From Eledone cirrhosa (lineage: Eukaryota), in NCBI GenBank assembly GCA_964016885.1, contig OZ024745.1, forward strand, positions 16,368,001 to 16,432,000: a stretch of 64,000 nucleotides of DNA, read 5' to 3'. Numbering within the stretch: the first letter of the stretch is position 1; each line of letters begins with the position of its first letter. The notes under the pieces are model-generated. The model was not told the origin of the DNA and made no database searches. It saw only the letters and a list, made by a program, of their open reading frames with translations. The translations under genes and the position numbers were made by a program. Positions 1 through 13,624 of this stretch are shown here, one piece after another.

Positions 1-139
1 TCATAACTAAATAGCACAAAACATGTTTTCTGACGATCTAACAATTGTTCTTTAGAACAACATGAGATCCTCTTTTGCCATTGATTGATTTAACATTATC
101 TTTTACGTTTTCTATATGCTTATTTAAGTCGTTAGAACG

Positions 140-300
140 TCAGATAGAATGGTTTGTGGAATTTGTTTCGACTCTCTGCTTTCTAAGTTCAAATCCCGCC
201 TAGTTCAACTTTGCCTTTCATCTAATCGATGTCGATAAAAATGTACCCGTCCAGTACTGGGGTCTCCTTCATATTTCTTTCTCACTTCCATTCCTTATCC
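140..300 (+). mobile_element. tRNA-derived SINE, degenerate
   Basis: B-box AAGTTCAAATCCC followed by the family core AACTTTGCCTTTCATC...GTCGATAAAA..GTACC seen in more than 10 copies in the window. Confidence 0.7.
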
Positions 301-689
301 TCTTTGGAAAAATCTGCTTTATTCAGACCTGGAGAGGAGATGGACTTCACCAGGTTAAAGAAATGTCCTAGAAACTCCGTATGTCATTACAGTACTACTA
401 CGACTCCGTCAGGATTTACGGGACCATACTTATATATGTTGTGTTGCGAGTGTTAGATAGTTATTGTGATTGTGTGTTCGTTAACATAGGTAATAACTTT
501 CATATTTTCCATTTTTTCGGGTGAGAGAAAGCCTCGAATACAACATTTTAAAAGCATTCGGAAAGTTTCATGAAAATGTGATGCACACTTTGAACTGTTG
601 TGAGTTACGTCACCAGCCTTAGGTTGGTAACAGTTTGCTGTTAGCAGATGTCAACTAGTGAAGTTTTCTACCGAAAAAGATAAAAAGAA

Positions 690-1400
690 GTTAATGAAAA
701 ATAGAAAAGGAAGAACTTGATCGTGTGCTGATGAAATATGTTTGTCACCATTGGAATAAAAATATGCCATGATTAGGAAACAAGTAAACATCTATCACAA
801 CAAACAGAGTATTGAAGTTAACTGTGAATATCCAGAAAGCTAGTTACAAAAAGTTTAGAAAAATATATAGTATTAAATATTTAAATAATTTTAGTGATAA
901 GGCGTCTACTGATCATAAAACTGCCGAGAAATATATTGATGAGTTTGCAAATATGGCTGATAAAAATATAACAACATACAAGTATATAACGCTGATAAAG
1001 CAACGTTATTCTGGTGTTATTGCTCCAGGGAAAAATTCACTATAGCTGATCAAAGATCGAATTCAAGAGTTAATGATTCCCAAAACAGATCAAATTTGAT
1101 ACCACGTCACACCGCTTTTGGGTTTATAAGACAAAGCTGTTTATTTTAAAATGTTTTTATTTATTTAAACACCTTGCATCATAATTTTATTGAAGAACCT
1201 GTTTTTGTGTTTCAAATGCCTACTTAATAATGATAGATTATACTTCCATATTTTTCATTATTTTCAAAAAATAGGAAAAATCCTAGACAGTGTTCTTCAT
1301 TTCAAATATGTTAGCTAAATAGTTAACAGTACAGGGACGTGCTAATGTATCAGGTACCTATCGTAGGCAAAAGCATGTCTACTTGCTGTTTTAAGGGTGT
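690..1400 (+). pseudogene. Decayed pogo/Tigger (Jerky/CENP-B-like, DDE_1) transposase fragment
   Basis: Frameshifted peptides KASYKKFRKIYSIKYL..SDKASTDHKTAEKYIDEF, IYNADK..LFWCY and a later (C)ANVSGT resemble the Tigger HTH-DDE junction (YNADETGLFW, CANASG). Confidence 0.55.
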
Positions 1401-2297
1401 GACTATATTTGATCCGAATTGACAATATCGATCCCAGACCTCATTCGCTTACCGAATGAGGTGGAATTCGTCTGATCGGACCAAGGAAACAATGTTTCCA
1501 TGGGTCTTTCCAATTACTAATACTATTTACCAGGCACAATTCCTGGCAGAAGGAGCAACTTAAAACTTCTCTGTTTTTCCCCTTTTTTATTTTTTTAATT
1601 ACTTGTCTCCCTAGCTAATCAAAAAGTCTGTCAGGGCTTACTAGCACTATACGGACGTTTAAATTGATTAACTAAATAAATATATAAAAGAGGGAATGTT
1701 TTCTATGAAAGGAGGGGTTGAAATAAGACAGTAACAGAAAGACAGAATAAAAAGATGGCGATAGGTGGGATAAACGAGATAGTTGCAGAGAGAAAACATC
1801 GTGAGGGGATGGTTGAAGAGGGGACATTTCCCAACTTCCTGAAGGGTAGGTAGAAACAAGGTAGTGAAAGAAAGACAGAGAAAATACATTTTGTGGATAC
1901 AGGTGTGGTAATTAGAAGGTAGTGATTCAGGTGTGGTAACTAGAAGGTAGTGACAGAGAATGAAGATTCTGATGAGTACTATAATTAGAAAGATGTAAAA
2001 ACAAACATTTTGAGGGGTAGGGCAAACATATGTTAATGACACAAAGAAAGAGCAGGATGTTATGTGATAGACATAATGTGTGAAGACGGAGAGTTGTAAA
2101 CCAGAAACGTTATGAATAAAAATACCAGAGATTGGTGAAGCAGTGACATATAAACAGATAATGACTGGGTGAATGAGAGATGATACGGTGTAACTGAGAA
2201 TATAGTAGGGAGTCACTGGGAAATGTAGGCAGGTCTATTTGTTGTGATTCGGTGTGTTTATCATGAACACACACTCACACACATATATATGCACCAA

Positions 2298-2774
<477 letters not shown>

Positions 2775-3035
2775 CAGACAGATATCTATTTCAAGATGTA
2801 AGCAAAGGTATAAAGATGGAAAAATGCCAGAGATGCATGTGTAGATGCGGCGAATATGATGGGGTCGGGGAGACAGCAGATACCTGCATCTACCTGCTGC
2901 TAAAAAGGTATGACTACACATACACATAGACGCAAACACTATATCTATATAAATACACACACACACACACTATATATATACATATATATATATACATACA
3001 CTATATATATATATATATCCATATATATACACATA

Positions 3036-3086
<51 letters not shown>

Positions 3087-3339
3087 CACTATATATATAT
3101 ATATATATACACATACACTATATATATATATATATATATACGCCTAATACTATGCACGTACTCTCAATCGCACGAAGAGAGAGAGATAGAATGACAGACA
3201 GATATAATTATGTATATATAACTAAAGTATGTATGAATATGCATAAGTATCTGTACATGTATAAGTACCTAGTAAATTTATGTTTGCACGTGTATTTATA
3301 TATATTTATATATAGTATAGATATATATATAATTGTACT

Positions 3340-3374
<35 letters not shown>

Positions 3375-3377
<3 letters not shown>

Positions 3378-3557
3378 AAAGGAATTGTGGTAAAGAACCA
3401 AATGGACCATAACGCACCAGAGTACTCAATACTTAGGGTAGTAGAGTGGGAAATAGAAAAAGTATGACCCCGACGGCAGAGCTCAAGCCGTTTCGACGGC
3501 TATTTCGACCTCTATTTCCTCGACGGCTTGAGCTCTCCCGTCGGGGTCATACTTTTT

Positions 3558-3561
<4 letters not shown>
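3375..3561 (-). mobile_element. Family A copy with inverted arm
   Basis: Aligns by eye to 2418-2662; lies between (TA)n tracts. Confidence 0.75.
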
Positions 3562-3604
<43 letters not shown>

Positions 3605-3952
3605 CTGTGTGTGTGTGTTTGTGTGTGATGTGGATGATGTGAGTGTTTAATGTATGGCTACCTTCCTGCTGCGTAGTTTCTTACATTTGTGTGATGTTTC
3701 ACACATAAACGAAATACACACCACACACATACTTAGATACAAGTTGCACACACCCATGCACACATATGCACATAGAGAGGCAGTAAGAGACATGCATATA
3801 GAATTACTTTGTGCAAGAACCATGGCAAACATCAAAACGCACGTAAACATATTTTATCTTTCGTGCTGCTTTATTTCTTTATACCTACGTTTATGTTTAT
3901 AAACATAGGAAAGGTGAACTCAGTGCACACTGTAACGGTTTGTGGAGGTAGG

Positions 3953-4234
3953 CATGGCTAGATTTAGACCTTTGGAAGCCCGGGGCACTTCAGGTTTGTG
4001 CCCCCCCCCCTCAATTTTTTTTTTTTATATATATCAAAGTTAACTTGGGTTAAGTAATTGCAATTGAAAAGTCATACATACGGGTATTAAATTAAACAAA
4101 TTCTAACATCCTAAAACTTAAAAAGACCAGTAGAGAGCACAAATAAATCACTATAGCCGTCGCTGGTCGGGTTCCCTCAGAAGGGAGCCCGGAGCAATTA
4201 TCTCCTTTGCCCCTCCCCATTAAATCCAGCACTG
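3953..4234. mobile_element. hAT-like MITE
   Basis: Degenerate TIRs CATGGCTAGATTTA / TAAATCCAGCACTG; related to the mini copy at 63918-63972, which has an 8-bp TSD. Confidence 0.55.
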
Positions 4235-4517
4235 CAGGCATGGCAAAAGTGTTAAGAAGTTTGTTTCGTATTCATGTTATTCTAGTTTCGATCTCAGTAT
4301 GTGGCATATTTGGCAGGTTTCTTAGCTCCGCTTCGATCTAAGAATTGTGAAACTGAGGAGACGGAATTATGTGGAAATGCTCCGGTTCACTTGTACCTAC
4401 AATACATATATACAATTGTACTTACATATTGTACGTACATATTGTGTCATGCTGTTTCTGTCTGAAGATAACATTAGGTATACACGTGTTTGTTGAATAT
4501 TCAGATACCTATCTTAA

Positions 4518-4737
4518 CCCTTTAGCATTCACATTACTCTGTATATGCTATTATATTTTCATGGTAAAGGCTTTACCTCGCATAATTATCTCACATAATA
4601 TCGAATCTATGAGATTTTGAAAGTATTTATTTTGAGAACAATACCTTAACATCAGTTTAAGCTACCAGTTATAACCAGTTTCAACAGAAAGAGGTAGAGA
4701 ATTCTGGCCGGTTTTGGCCGGTTTGAACATTAAAGGG
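4518..4737. mobile_element. piggyBac-like MITE
   Basis: TTAA|CCCTTTAG ... TAAAGGG|TTAA: TTAA TSD and CCC/GGG termini. Confidence 0.75.
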
Positions 4738-4759
4738 TTAAAATACTTTCTGATTTAGG

Positions 4760-4962
4760 CGGGAGGCCAACAACTTTGGGAGAGGGGAAAGTCATTTAAA
4801 TCAACTCCAGTACGTTACTGGTATTTTATTTCAATTACGCCGTAAGGATGAAAGACACAGCTCTAACCTCAATGGGATTTGTACTAAGAATGTAAAGAGC
4901 CGTAACTCTATGCCGTGAATCATGTTGGCCGATGCTCTACCGATTCTACTGCCAATCCAGCA
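4760..4962 (-). mobile_element. tRNA-derived SINE, degenerate
   Basis: Reverse complement of the SINE core (ACTGGTATTTTATTT..CCGTAAGGATGAAAG..GGGATTTG) and A-box-like ACTGCCAATCC. Confidence 0.7.
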
Positions 4963-5839
4963 CCATAGATACCCTGTTTACAATACAAGATAGAATTTAC
5001 CTACAACTCACACAACCACTATTTGCCAAACACTCTGTCACACTGATTCACTTTGCGAATTAGGTCAAGGTTACACGTGCCTATTCAGCCATCTACACAT
5101 AAATTTAATTAGTAGGATGTTGAAATGATCGAATAAATGAACGCTCATCGTCGTAAACGACGGAGGATCAATGAATGGTGTTGAGGAGAATATCCTTATA
5201 AAGAAAGAGGTTTAACATTTGTTGAGTAGTGTAGGCGTAGAGCGGGCTTACAGAAAGATGTGAAATGGTATATGACTGTGAGTAATAAGTATTACTTGTA
5301 GACAGAAGCCAGTGGATATGGCAGAGTAAATTACGTACGGTAGGATGGTGAGTGGATGGTAAGATAGTGGAATTGGATATGAATAGGTAGCGAAATGGTT
5401 AACATAGAAGGCCAGAGATGAAACTAAAAGAAATATCTAGATGAAAGATAATATTTTGAACATAGAATATCTATATTTGTCAAGGGAATCAAATGTACAG
5501 CTTTGCTGTTGACGAAATAAAAAAAAATAAACCAAGATACTTCATCGTTTTAAAGACATCAGAGATGCCACAACCCACGTCATTTGGTTACCTTGAAGGT
5601 GGCTTCTCAGGGTTTTACAACTTATCGTTACATTCCAGAAATTCGTAAAATTCATACTTACCAGGAAGTGTTTGTTGGTATTTTACCAAAATATATAGAT
5701 TTGGAGAGAGAGAAGGAGATAGAGAGAGAGAGACAGAGAAAGAGAAGGGGAGATATGTAGGTAGAAGACAGACGTTTATTATATATATATATATATATAT
5801 ATACATATCATATATATACATATCATATATATACATATC

Positions 5840-5927
<88 letters not shown>

Positions 5928-5969
5928 GTGTGCACACATATATATGCATATTTTTATATGCATATATGG

Positions 5970-6010
<41 letters not shown>

Positions 6011-6104
6011 ATATATATGCATGTATACATACGCACACACACACATATATGTATGAATGCATACATACATGCATACACACGCTCTCTCCTCACCCTTTTC
6101 TCTC

Positions 6105-6545
6105 ACTATATATTGCTGTAGTGGAGTCTGTGCTGCTGTACGGATCTGAGACTTGGACACTGACCAAGAAACTCACTCAGATGGTGGATGGATGCTACAC
6201 GAGAATGCTGAGGATGGCTCTGAACATCAATCAGTATACACTGAGGATGAAAAACTCAGAGCTGTATGGGAGCCTCCCAAACGTCAGCTCAAAACTGACA
6301 CAGAGGAGACTGAGGTTAGCTGGACATGCTCACCGACATCCAGAGTTGACACTGCACTCAGTGCTCCTGTGGGAGCCCCTACATGGACACACTGGAAGAG
6401 GAAGACTAAGGTTAACGTATGTTGATGCCCTAAGGACAGACACTGGTCTGTTGGAGACGCAGGACATGGCAGTGATAATGAGGGACAGAGACCGCTGGAG
6501 AGAACTCGTCCATGGATCTCGGGAATTTTACCCGCCCTAGATATA
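6105..6545 (+). mobile_element. RTE-clade LINE, 5'-truncated 3' end (family RTE-a)
   Basis: ORF 5926-6540 contains [57 protein letters not shown], typical of the RTE post-RT C-terminus. Confidence 0.9.
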
Positions 6546-6549
6546 TAGA

Positions 6550-6905
6550 GTATCACTGGATTGCCCAATATGCTTATATTATGATGTGATATTTTATTTA
6601 TGGATGCGTATCATTCTATGAGTTTCTGTTTAACTAACTGTACATTCCCCCCCCCCCCACACACACACATACACACATATATATATATATATATATATAA
6701 CGAAGGAAGTGTGGTAAGGAGCCAGGTGGATCATAACGCACCAGAGTACTCGATACTTTGGGTAGTAGAGTGGGTAATAAGATAATACACGTATACATAT
6801 GTGAATGTAAACATGTGTTAGTTAAACAGAAACTCATAGAATGATACGTATCCATACATAAAATATCACATCATAATATAAACATATTGGGCAATCCAGT
6901 GATAC
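6550..6905. repeat. About 90-bp inverted repeat enclosing microsatellite and a family A fragment (6698-6780)
   Basis: 6550-6640 GTATCACTGGATTGCCC...GTTTAACTAAC is the reverse complement of 6817-6905. Confidence 0.85.
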
Positions 6906-7252
6906 ACATGTGTATATAGCTACTACAGTGGGTTTTAAGTTGAACGAATAAAAGAAAGTAAAAGAAGGAAAATAGAAAAAGAAAAATGAAGGATGATATG
7001 AAGTATGAGGTAAATATAAAGAATCAGAAGATATCAGAGAGAAGAAGCGAGAGAATAAAAAATAACATAACAACTGCTAGGATTTATTTCCTCATAAATC
7101 AGGTCGGCTATGTTCGAAATCTTTGAAGAGAACTGCAAAGCAATTATGAATCTCTTTGTACTGTCAGAAACATCAAAACTGAAAAGCCTGCGAATTTATC
7201 TTGAAATAAGAGCTGTCGAGTATAAATCTATGCTAACCAGTTAGTCAACGCG

Positions 7253-7319
<67 letters not shown>

Positions 7320-7331
7320 CATACATACATG

Positions 7332-7365
<34 letters not shown>

Positions 7366-7366
7366 T

Positions 7367-7418
<52 letters not shown>

Positions 7419-7634
7419 GCATATATCATTTATGTGTTTTTTTTATACCATTCACCAATCAGCTTTAAACTACTTGAAAAGCACTTCCATACTGTCCAAT
7501 TAAACTGGCAGATTTAACTAAATCTTTCGTCACATGTTCCTGCCCCCCCTTCTCCACAATGTTTCCTAATGATCTTACGTCTTTTGCTCAAACCTGTTCT
7601 CTATATATCCTTAACGTAGATCAATGTAATAATG

Positions 7635-7815
7635 GTTTCTAATTTAAGCACAAGAGCAACAGTCTTTTTGTGGGGAGGGTTATATAAGAAATGAATTCGA
7701 TTAAATCGACCCAGAATACTTTTTTAGTACTATGTTTTATCGACTCCGGGTGGAAGGAAGTTAAATTTGACTTCGGTGGTATTTGAACACAGAACGTAAA
7801 GAACGATAAGAAACA
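7635..7815 (-). mobile_element. tRNA-derived SINE, degenerate
   Basis: TTTTATCGACTCC..GGAAGG..TTGACTTCGGTGGTATTTGAAC matches the reverse SINE core. Confidence 0.6.
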
Positions 7816-8087
7816 GCACTTTGTCTGCCACAGTCACCACTAAGAACCTAATAACTATTAACTAATACTACCTGTCAGTCTTCAACATCTCTCAATGTAT
7901 CTCAGCTTGTGGAGAAGAAACACGAGTTTTGATCTGGTATAAGCTATACACATGTTTAACTAGCATTACTTTACGCTATATGTTAACTATCTCTTCAATA
8001 TTTCGAGGTTGGAATACGAATTGGAATGTCTCATAATATTAGTTGTGGCATTTTATGTACTCAATTTAAATGCCGCCGTTGCTGACC

Positions 8088-8476
8088 TTCTTTTTCACCC
8101 ACTTATTCTCAAGAGGGTCGTGGGGGCAGAGTCATCAAACACTCTTTCCAGCGTGTCCTGCTAGAAACAAACCATCTCCATTTGATCCGGTTGGATCCCC
8201 AAGCGAAACCAGCCGAGCTCATTTTCTACCAATGGAGTGTCCTGCCAGCTGGTTCTGTCCAGCGATTCATTCCTGAGACATTCTAACCACATGCCTATAG
8301 TATGAGAGTTGTGATCTCTCAATTCGGAGAAGTGGTGGCTCTACCTGAAGTGAATCTCTGATTTCCGAGCTACGAACTCTATCGAGTAACGTTACTTCAA
8401 AGACCCTTCGAAGGAACCCCACTTCGGCCGCTTGTATTCTCGATCCTATTCTTTCGGTCTTTACCCAAGATTCAGC
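8088..8476 (-). mobile_element. RTE-clade LINE 3' fragment (family RTE-b)
   Basis: Minus-strand peptide AESWVKTERIGSRIQAAEVGFLRRVF..LLDRVRSSEIR..LQVEPPLLRIERSQL..HVVRMSQE; homologous to 9832-10073 and 55107-55292. Confidence 0.85.
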
Positions 8477-8837
8477 TGTTGCTGACGTAATAAGTATAAT
8501 TAAATCGACGCCCCATTTAATTTGGCCTCACTGTCTTTAACTGAAGTCATTCTGTTGTAAACATTCGATCCAGGCCTCTGGTTTGAATAAGCATAAATCC
8601 TTTCTTCTCATAATCAATTCCGGATTGATTAAAGCAAGGCATTAAGGAAATGTCACGTATGTCCTTGGGTCAGTATTTTCAATTCACTGATCTTTTCTGT
8701 AGTATATTCCTGATAATATTTCCCATTAACATTATCTGAGATGTTAAATTGACATCGTTTTCCACCTCGAGATATACGAAAATTTATTCCGTTTTAAAAG
8801 TACTACTGGTACTATTGACCGTATATTATATAAAAGC

Positions 8838-9026
8838 GTGGTGGATTGGCAGTATCGGTAGAGGGTCGGACGCCATGCTTTGACGTATAGAGTTACGGCC
8901 CTTGCCATTCTGAGTTCAAATCCCGCCGAGGTTAACTTTGCCTTTCATCCTTACGGGGTCAATAAAATAAAGTACCAGTAATGCACTGGGTAATTGCTGG
9001 CCTTGTGCCAAACGTAGAAACAATTA
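8838..9026 (+). mobile_element. tRNA-derived SINE, near full length
   Basis: A box TGGCAGTATCGGTAG, B box GAGTTCAAATCCC, core CTTTGCCTTTCATCCTTACGGGGTC..AAAATAAAGTACCAG, tail GCTGGCCTTGTGCC..TAGAAACAATT. Confidence 0.9.
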
Positions 9027-9067
9027 TATAAACGTAGCTTTTATATGGTAACTCCACCTGCTAGAAA

Positions 9068-9143
9068 TAGCAGAAAAAATCGCAGATAAAATCGCAGATA
9101 ATATCGCAGATAAAATCGCAGATAAAATCGCAGATAAAATCGC
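9068..9143 (+). repeat. 12-bp tandem repeat (AAAATCGCAGAT), about 6 units
   Basis: Directly visible. Confidence 0.9.
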
Positions 9144-9184
9144 CTACAAAACACATTGGAAATATTAAGAAAATGATAGACATA

Positions 9185-9541
9185 CGAGGGTCGGTTGAAG
9201 CATTCATAGGCTGACCAAGATACTCTCATGGAATTACTAAATGGAGTTTATTTTTCAACATAGTCCCTGGAAAGAAATAATACAGTTATTAATTAGAAGA
9301 GTTGAAATTAATACATACAAGATTTCACAGCTCTAGCATCTATCCTTCATAGGCTTAAATGTTCATAGGCTGATCAAGATACTCTCATGGAATGACCAAA
9401 TGGAGTTTATTTTTCAACATAGTCCCTAGAAAGAAACAATGCAGTTATTAATTAGAAGAGTTGAAATTAATACATACAAGATTTCACAGCTCTAGCGTCA
9501 TGTCTTCATAGTCAGCCTATGAATTTTTCAGTCGACCCTCA
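9185..9541. mobile_element. Tc1/mariner-type MITE with internal tandem duplication of about 165 bp
   Basis: TA|CGAGGGTCGGTTGAA..TTCATAGGCTGAC ... GTCAGCCTATGAA..TTCAGTCGACCCTCA|TA; single-unit relative at 54185-54381. Confidence 0.8.
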
Positions 9542-9831
9542 TACCACAACTGAAACTCCTTTTATCATTGTTCTGGTGGATCAGAGTTGACATGGGTTAG
9601 TCTTCAACAATAGAACTATCAACAACTTATATTGAGACAACTACAACCACACCCACAACGTCATCTATTGTCAATGGAAGTGGTTTAAAAGCCCGTGAGA
9701 TAGCTTATCCTTAATTCAAAGGGCCAGCCTTGTCACACATAATCCTGCTGAATCTCCTTGAGAGTGAAGTTAAGTATACACGTGCCTGTGGAATATCCAG
9801 ACAGACGTTAGTTTCAATAGCAGGCTGTTCC

Positions 9832-10073
9832 GTAGTTAGAATGTCTCAGGAAAGAATCGCTGAACAGATGTTACGGGCAAAACCAACCGGTAAGAGACCC
9901 AGGGGTAGACCCCGAGCAAGATGGTTGGATAACATCCATGAGCTTGGCTGGTCTTGCTTGGGGAACCAGCCGGATCAGTTGGAGACAGTTGCTTCTGACA
10001 GGATCCGCTAGAAGGAGTGTTTGAGGACTCTGCCGACATGACCCTCTCAGGAATAAGTGGGCGAAGAAGATGA
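9832..10073 (+). mobile_element. RTE-b LINE 3' fragment with 13-bp TSD
   Basis: Peptide VVRMSQERIAEQMLRAKPTGKRPRGRPRARWLDNI; TSD AGCAGGCTGTTCC at 9819-9831 and 10074-10086. Confidence 0.9.
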
Positions 10074-11614
10074 AGCAGGCTGTTCCATTGATCAACCACT
10101 GTCAAAAGATCGTCGAAAACTTGTGCTAACTTTACTTCGTACCAACTTTACCTTGTCCTTACGTGACCTTGTGGCTGTGTTAGAAATTATTATTTATAAT
10201 AAAGCAATAATTATATTCTTTGTTATGATATATAAATATGACGACAAAATATAAGGCAGAACATTTTACCTGGTTTAAGAGTTACGTATGGAAACATGAA
10301 TTCCAATCTTAACTGGAAAGAATGGTTTCATAAACTCCTCTCTAAAAATCAACACTTTCAAAAACACTCATTATAGAAATTATTTAACAATCACCACAAT
10401 CATAGATAGATTCTTTACATGTATTTATTTACCTTATGTATTGATATGTTATATACATATGAACGGCAATTGAACAAAGAACTGTCAAATATTGAACAAA
10501 ATGCATTGACCAGGAGCTAATTGATCGAACCAAATCCCAGACATTCACAATGAGACTAACATTACAGGTTTAAATTAATGCATTAGTATTACACTATTGT
10601 GGTTGCATTGTAGGACAAACTGTTCCAACAAATTCCGCTTTCAAATCGATTTATATGTCTAAAATACTGGATTAACGCACTGGTTACAAATTATAATGAA
10701 GACGGTTGTTGCAGGGTTCTTCCATGTTGACACACTTTAATCGATTAGTATCATGCAACATTTCTAATAAAATAACCCGCTGAAAGAAAAACATGTTCTG
10801 AAAGGACGCTTTAGGATACAATCATGGCACGTACATACAATCTAAGGTGACAACCTACCCTGGCAACAAGAAGGAGCAATTAATTGCAGCATTGATTAAG
10901 ATATATTTATGTAAAAGTAGCGAGGCAATTACACATTACACATCCAATATACATATTCGTTTCTTCTATCACAGATCAATACGCACCGTTCACTGATAGT
11001 TAAATATGACCAGTGTCATCAACTGTTCACTCTGGTGACGAATTGGTAGAATCGTTGGATCCTACAACAAAATGTCTTGTGATATTTTTCAATATCTTTA
11101 TATTCTGATTTCAAATCCCGTTAAGGTTAACTTTGTTTTAATCCTTTAGAATTAAATAACGTATCAGTTTAGAGCTATGGATCGGCGGAATTGTAAGAGT
11201 ATCCGACGAGATGCCTTGTGGTATATGATCTGGATATTTGCTTTCTGAGTACACATCATGCTGATACCTAACTAGAAGGTAAATAAATCCGTCACAGGAC
11301 TTAACAACACTTAACTCTTGGTTGCCTTTAACAACATTCATTCTGTTGTAAGGGAAATAACCTAGTAAGGAAACGATGATGGTGGTTTGCAAATGAATCG
11401 AATATTATTATAATTCGATAACCAACTCATAAATACACCCCACAGACACACATATTAGGATGTATTTGCTTGCTAGAGGAATGCATACACATACATATAT
11501 AGAGTCACAGCTATATTGGAACCACTTATAAACGCAATTGCAAAAAAACGTTAGGAAAACTCCGTGTTCTATAAACGATATTTTTCTTACATTAATATTA
11601 TCTTAACAACCAAT

Positions 11615-11615
11615 C

Positions 11616-11692
<77 letters not shown>

Positions 11693-12077
11693 GGCCAACA
11701 GAACAAAAATTTACTCTTAAATTAAATACTAAAAACGAAAATTATGTTCAAGTTCTTTTGATTGGAGTGAAATAAACTGAAAAAACAGATTTTAGCAACA
11801 ATACTAATAACAACAACAGCAGTAATACTAACAACAACAACAACAGCAGTAATACTAACAACAACAGCAGCAGTAATACTAACAACAACAACAGCAGCAA
11901 CACCAACATCAACAACAAAGCTAACAATATCAGCAGCAACAATACTAAAAACAGCAAAAACAACAGCAAAACCTGTTTACAGCAATATTAACGAAATAAC
12001 GTCAAACAACAACAACAACAACAACATCAGCTGTAACAATACTATGATGAATATCAATAAAAACAATGACAACAACA
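11615..12077 (+). repeat. (AAC)n microsatellite and degenerate AAC/AGC/AAT array
   Basis: Directly visible; explains the poly-Leu ORF 11748-11969. Confidence 0.95.
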
Positions 12078-12185
12078 TGGTCGACATTTAATTTTCCACA
12101 GTTTTGTATGGTGGTATCCTTCAATGAATATTATTTATTTATTTGTCTAAATTGTTTCATTTATGTCTAGTTATCTTTATTGGTA

Positions 12186-12276
<91 letters not shown>

Positions 12277-12386
12277 TTGGAATAGAATGAAACGAAATTT
12301 CATTTCTCACTCTTAGTACGGCACTTACTTAAATGTAAGTATGTATGTATACGTACATACATATATGTATACGGACGTACAGTAAC

Positions 12387-12441
<55 letters not shown>

Positions 12442-12590
12442 CAGGTACACATATATATATGTACGTATCAGTTTAGCGAACGTTTATTATAACGCTCGCT
12501 TTGTCCGTTTGTAAACAAACGGACAGCCTGATATATGCCGTACGGTGTTAAGGCAACCACGTCACCTTTTTGTTCAACACTGACACAGGA

Positions 12591-12633
12591 ACGATGTACT
12601 AGTTTCAAGCTTGTTAGCTATCGTCAGCACCGT
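12591..12633 (-). ncRNA. Minimal type I hammerhead ribozyme (family B)
   Basis: acggtg CTGACGA t-agct-aaca-agct-t GAAA C-TA-G TA catcgt; helix I 6 bp, palindromic ACTAGT helix III, GUA site. Confidence 0.85.
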
Positions 12634-12748
12634 ATACCCTTCTCTCAGATGGTTGAATGTTCGAAAATATATACTTTCCTTATGGACAAAGCGAGCGTTA
12701 TAATAAACGTTCGCTAAACTGATACGTACATATATATATGTGTACCTG

Positions 12749-12822
<74 letters not shown>

Positions 12823-13057
12823 TGCTACTGTACGTCTGTATACATATATGTATGTACGTATACATACATACTTACATTTAAGTAAGTGCCGTACTAAGAG
12901 TGAGAAATGAAATTTCGTTTCATTCTATTCCAACTTATCGTTTTCGGTGAGCCTGGCCGACTGTACTCACTCGATATGCAAATTAGGCTGCTCAGCCGTT
13001 AATTTTCATAAGGAAAGTATATACTGTCGAACGTTCAACCATCTGGCAGAAGGGTAT

Positions 13058-13100
13058 ACGGTGCTGACGATAGCTAACAAGCTTGAAACTAGTACATCGT
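13058..13100 (+). ncRNA. Minimal type I hammerhead ribozyme (family B)
   Basis: Identical to 12591-12633: acggtg CTGACGA tagctaacaagctt GAAA CTAG TA catcgt. Confidence 0.85.
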
Positions 13101-13249
13101 TCCTGTGACAGTGTTGAACAAAAAGGTGACGTGGTTGCCTTAACACCGTACGGCATAAATCAGGCTGTCCGTTTGTTTACAAACGGACAAAGCGAGCGTT
13201 ATAATAAACGTTTGCTAAACTGATACGTACATATATATATGTGTACCTG

Positions 13250-13286
<37 letters not shown>

Positions 13287-13378
13287 GCTACTGTACGTCT
13301 GTATACATATATGTATGTACGTATACATACATACTTACATTTATACATATATATATATATATATACTTATATGTGTAC

Positions 13379-13442
<64 letters not shown>

Positions 13443-13475
13443 TTATATGTGTATATATATATATGTATATATATA

Positions 13476-13624
<149 letters not shown>

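Larger units (their letters stand above)
12274..13342. mobile_element. Family B hammerhead-containing repeat: inverted partial unit (12274-12686, -) plus about 1.3 tandem units (12683-13342, +), unit about 500 bp
   Basis: CAAAGCGAGCGTTATAATAAACG recurs at about 12687 and 13188; the unit contains one hammerhead and an internal (TA)n. Confidence 0.8.

Noticed and set aside
1668-2216. 182-aa minus-strand ORF
   Set aside because: Reverse of a purine-rich low-complexity tract resembling retroelement UTR; no recognisable domain
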